The translations under genes were made by a program, and so were the position numbers. The notes beneath the pieces were generated by a model that did not search any database, was not told the DNA's origin, and saw only the letters and a list, made by a program, of their open reading frames with translations. A DNA stretch of 63,987 nt, filler included, from Dirinaria sp. TL-2023a (taxonomy: Eukaryota): the NCBI GenBank assembly GCA_051941275.1. It is 8 parts of 8 records of this genome, joined end to end, with 100 filler letters (N's around TTAATTAATTAA, not from the genome) between each part and the next. Parts side by side here need not be neighbours in the genome. Positions count along the whole stretch, not along the records: positions 56,732 to 63,987 come from JAVEBF010001334.1; 7 more parts are not named here. One strand, written 5' to 3'. Of this stretch, positions 63,301 to 63,987 are shown one piece after another. Position 1 is the stretch's first letter; every line of letters begins with the position of its first letter.

Positions 63301-63987
63301 TCAGTCTTACACACCTTCATACCTTAAGTACTTTTCCCGTTGCAAGGCAAGGAAATATCTTCTGCTTCATCGCGTTCGATGAAAATCTGCTCTGACCGCA
63401 TCAACTGGGCGAGACTCAACAGGAAGTACCTCTCAAGGTCGTGCCAAGATTCCTGGATGCATGAGATACAATGTTTGAACTTGCAAGTACGGAGTATGCG
63501 ATCAGCATATTCCTTCGCAACGATCGATCAGAAGCAAGCTCGCTCGCTCGCTCGCTCCTCCTGACGATCCATTCTTGGCAAGAGAACCCAGCCATCATTA
63601 CTACTGCGCGCTCAGATCATATAAGGTACCTTCTCAGGAGATCTTCAGTACATGAAAATGCTACTTAACGACCGCCAAGCTGCACCAAAAAGCAATTTTC
63701 ATGAAGGATTCAGAATCAAATGCACTACAAACGCCCAGATGCCACGCGTATAGGGCTGCCCTGGCTTTTGATTCGTGCGCTTCCCGTTCTGATCTGCAAG
63801 ATGCAGATCTTAAGGTACACAGCCAAAATGCCAAATGGGGCTGAAAAACGCGGCTGAAGAGTTTATTTGTTTGATTGTTTTATTATTTGAGGTGCTCTTC
63901 TCATGAAAATTTTTAGAGGTGTTTGATTTTTTCTTTCTAGCTCAGCGAACTTCGGATTGCGAACAATTCTCAAGTGCTGTCTGTGAT

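Noticed and set aside
60400..63987. Long gene-poor stretch with short ORFs and a GGACGTGTGC mini-repeat near 60915
   Set aside because: No coherent exon structure or known motif; treated as intergenic.

Overview
Genomic DNA from a filamentous ascomycete (Pezizomycotina-type): short GT-AG introns and fungal housekeeping genes such as CCT3, ARF1, RPL1, DPH5 and an LRG1-type RhoGAP. The window is not one locus. It is eight ~8 kb contigs joined by artificial 100-bp spacers (44 N + TTAATTAATTAA + 44 N) in decreasing length order, so gene neighbourhood is meaningful only within a contig. The stand-out feature, all on contig 48663-56631, is a compact putative antiviral nucleotide module. A viperin (RSAD2-like radical SAM) gene lies head-to-head with an intron-containing UMP/CMP-kinase-like gene that the ORF track shows only as fragments. 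The same viperin lies tail-to-tail with an intronless CYTH (triphosphate tunnel) enzyme. Beside these is a pseudogene relic resembling the kinase-like C-terminus of fungal HeLo-domain proteins. Other notable items are a bacterial-type (PrfH-associated-like) RtcB with an extra N-terminal domain, a SLATT 2TM effector-domain gene, a tandem-UBC E2, two divergent CorA-like genes, and a TAAGGTA/TACCTTA motif enriched in intergenic DNA. All calls come from motif recognition by eye; no searches were run.
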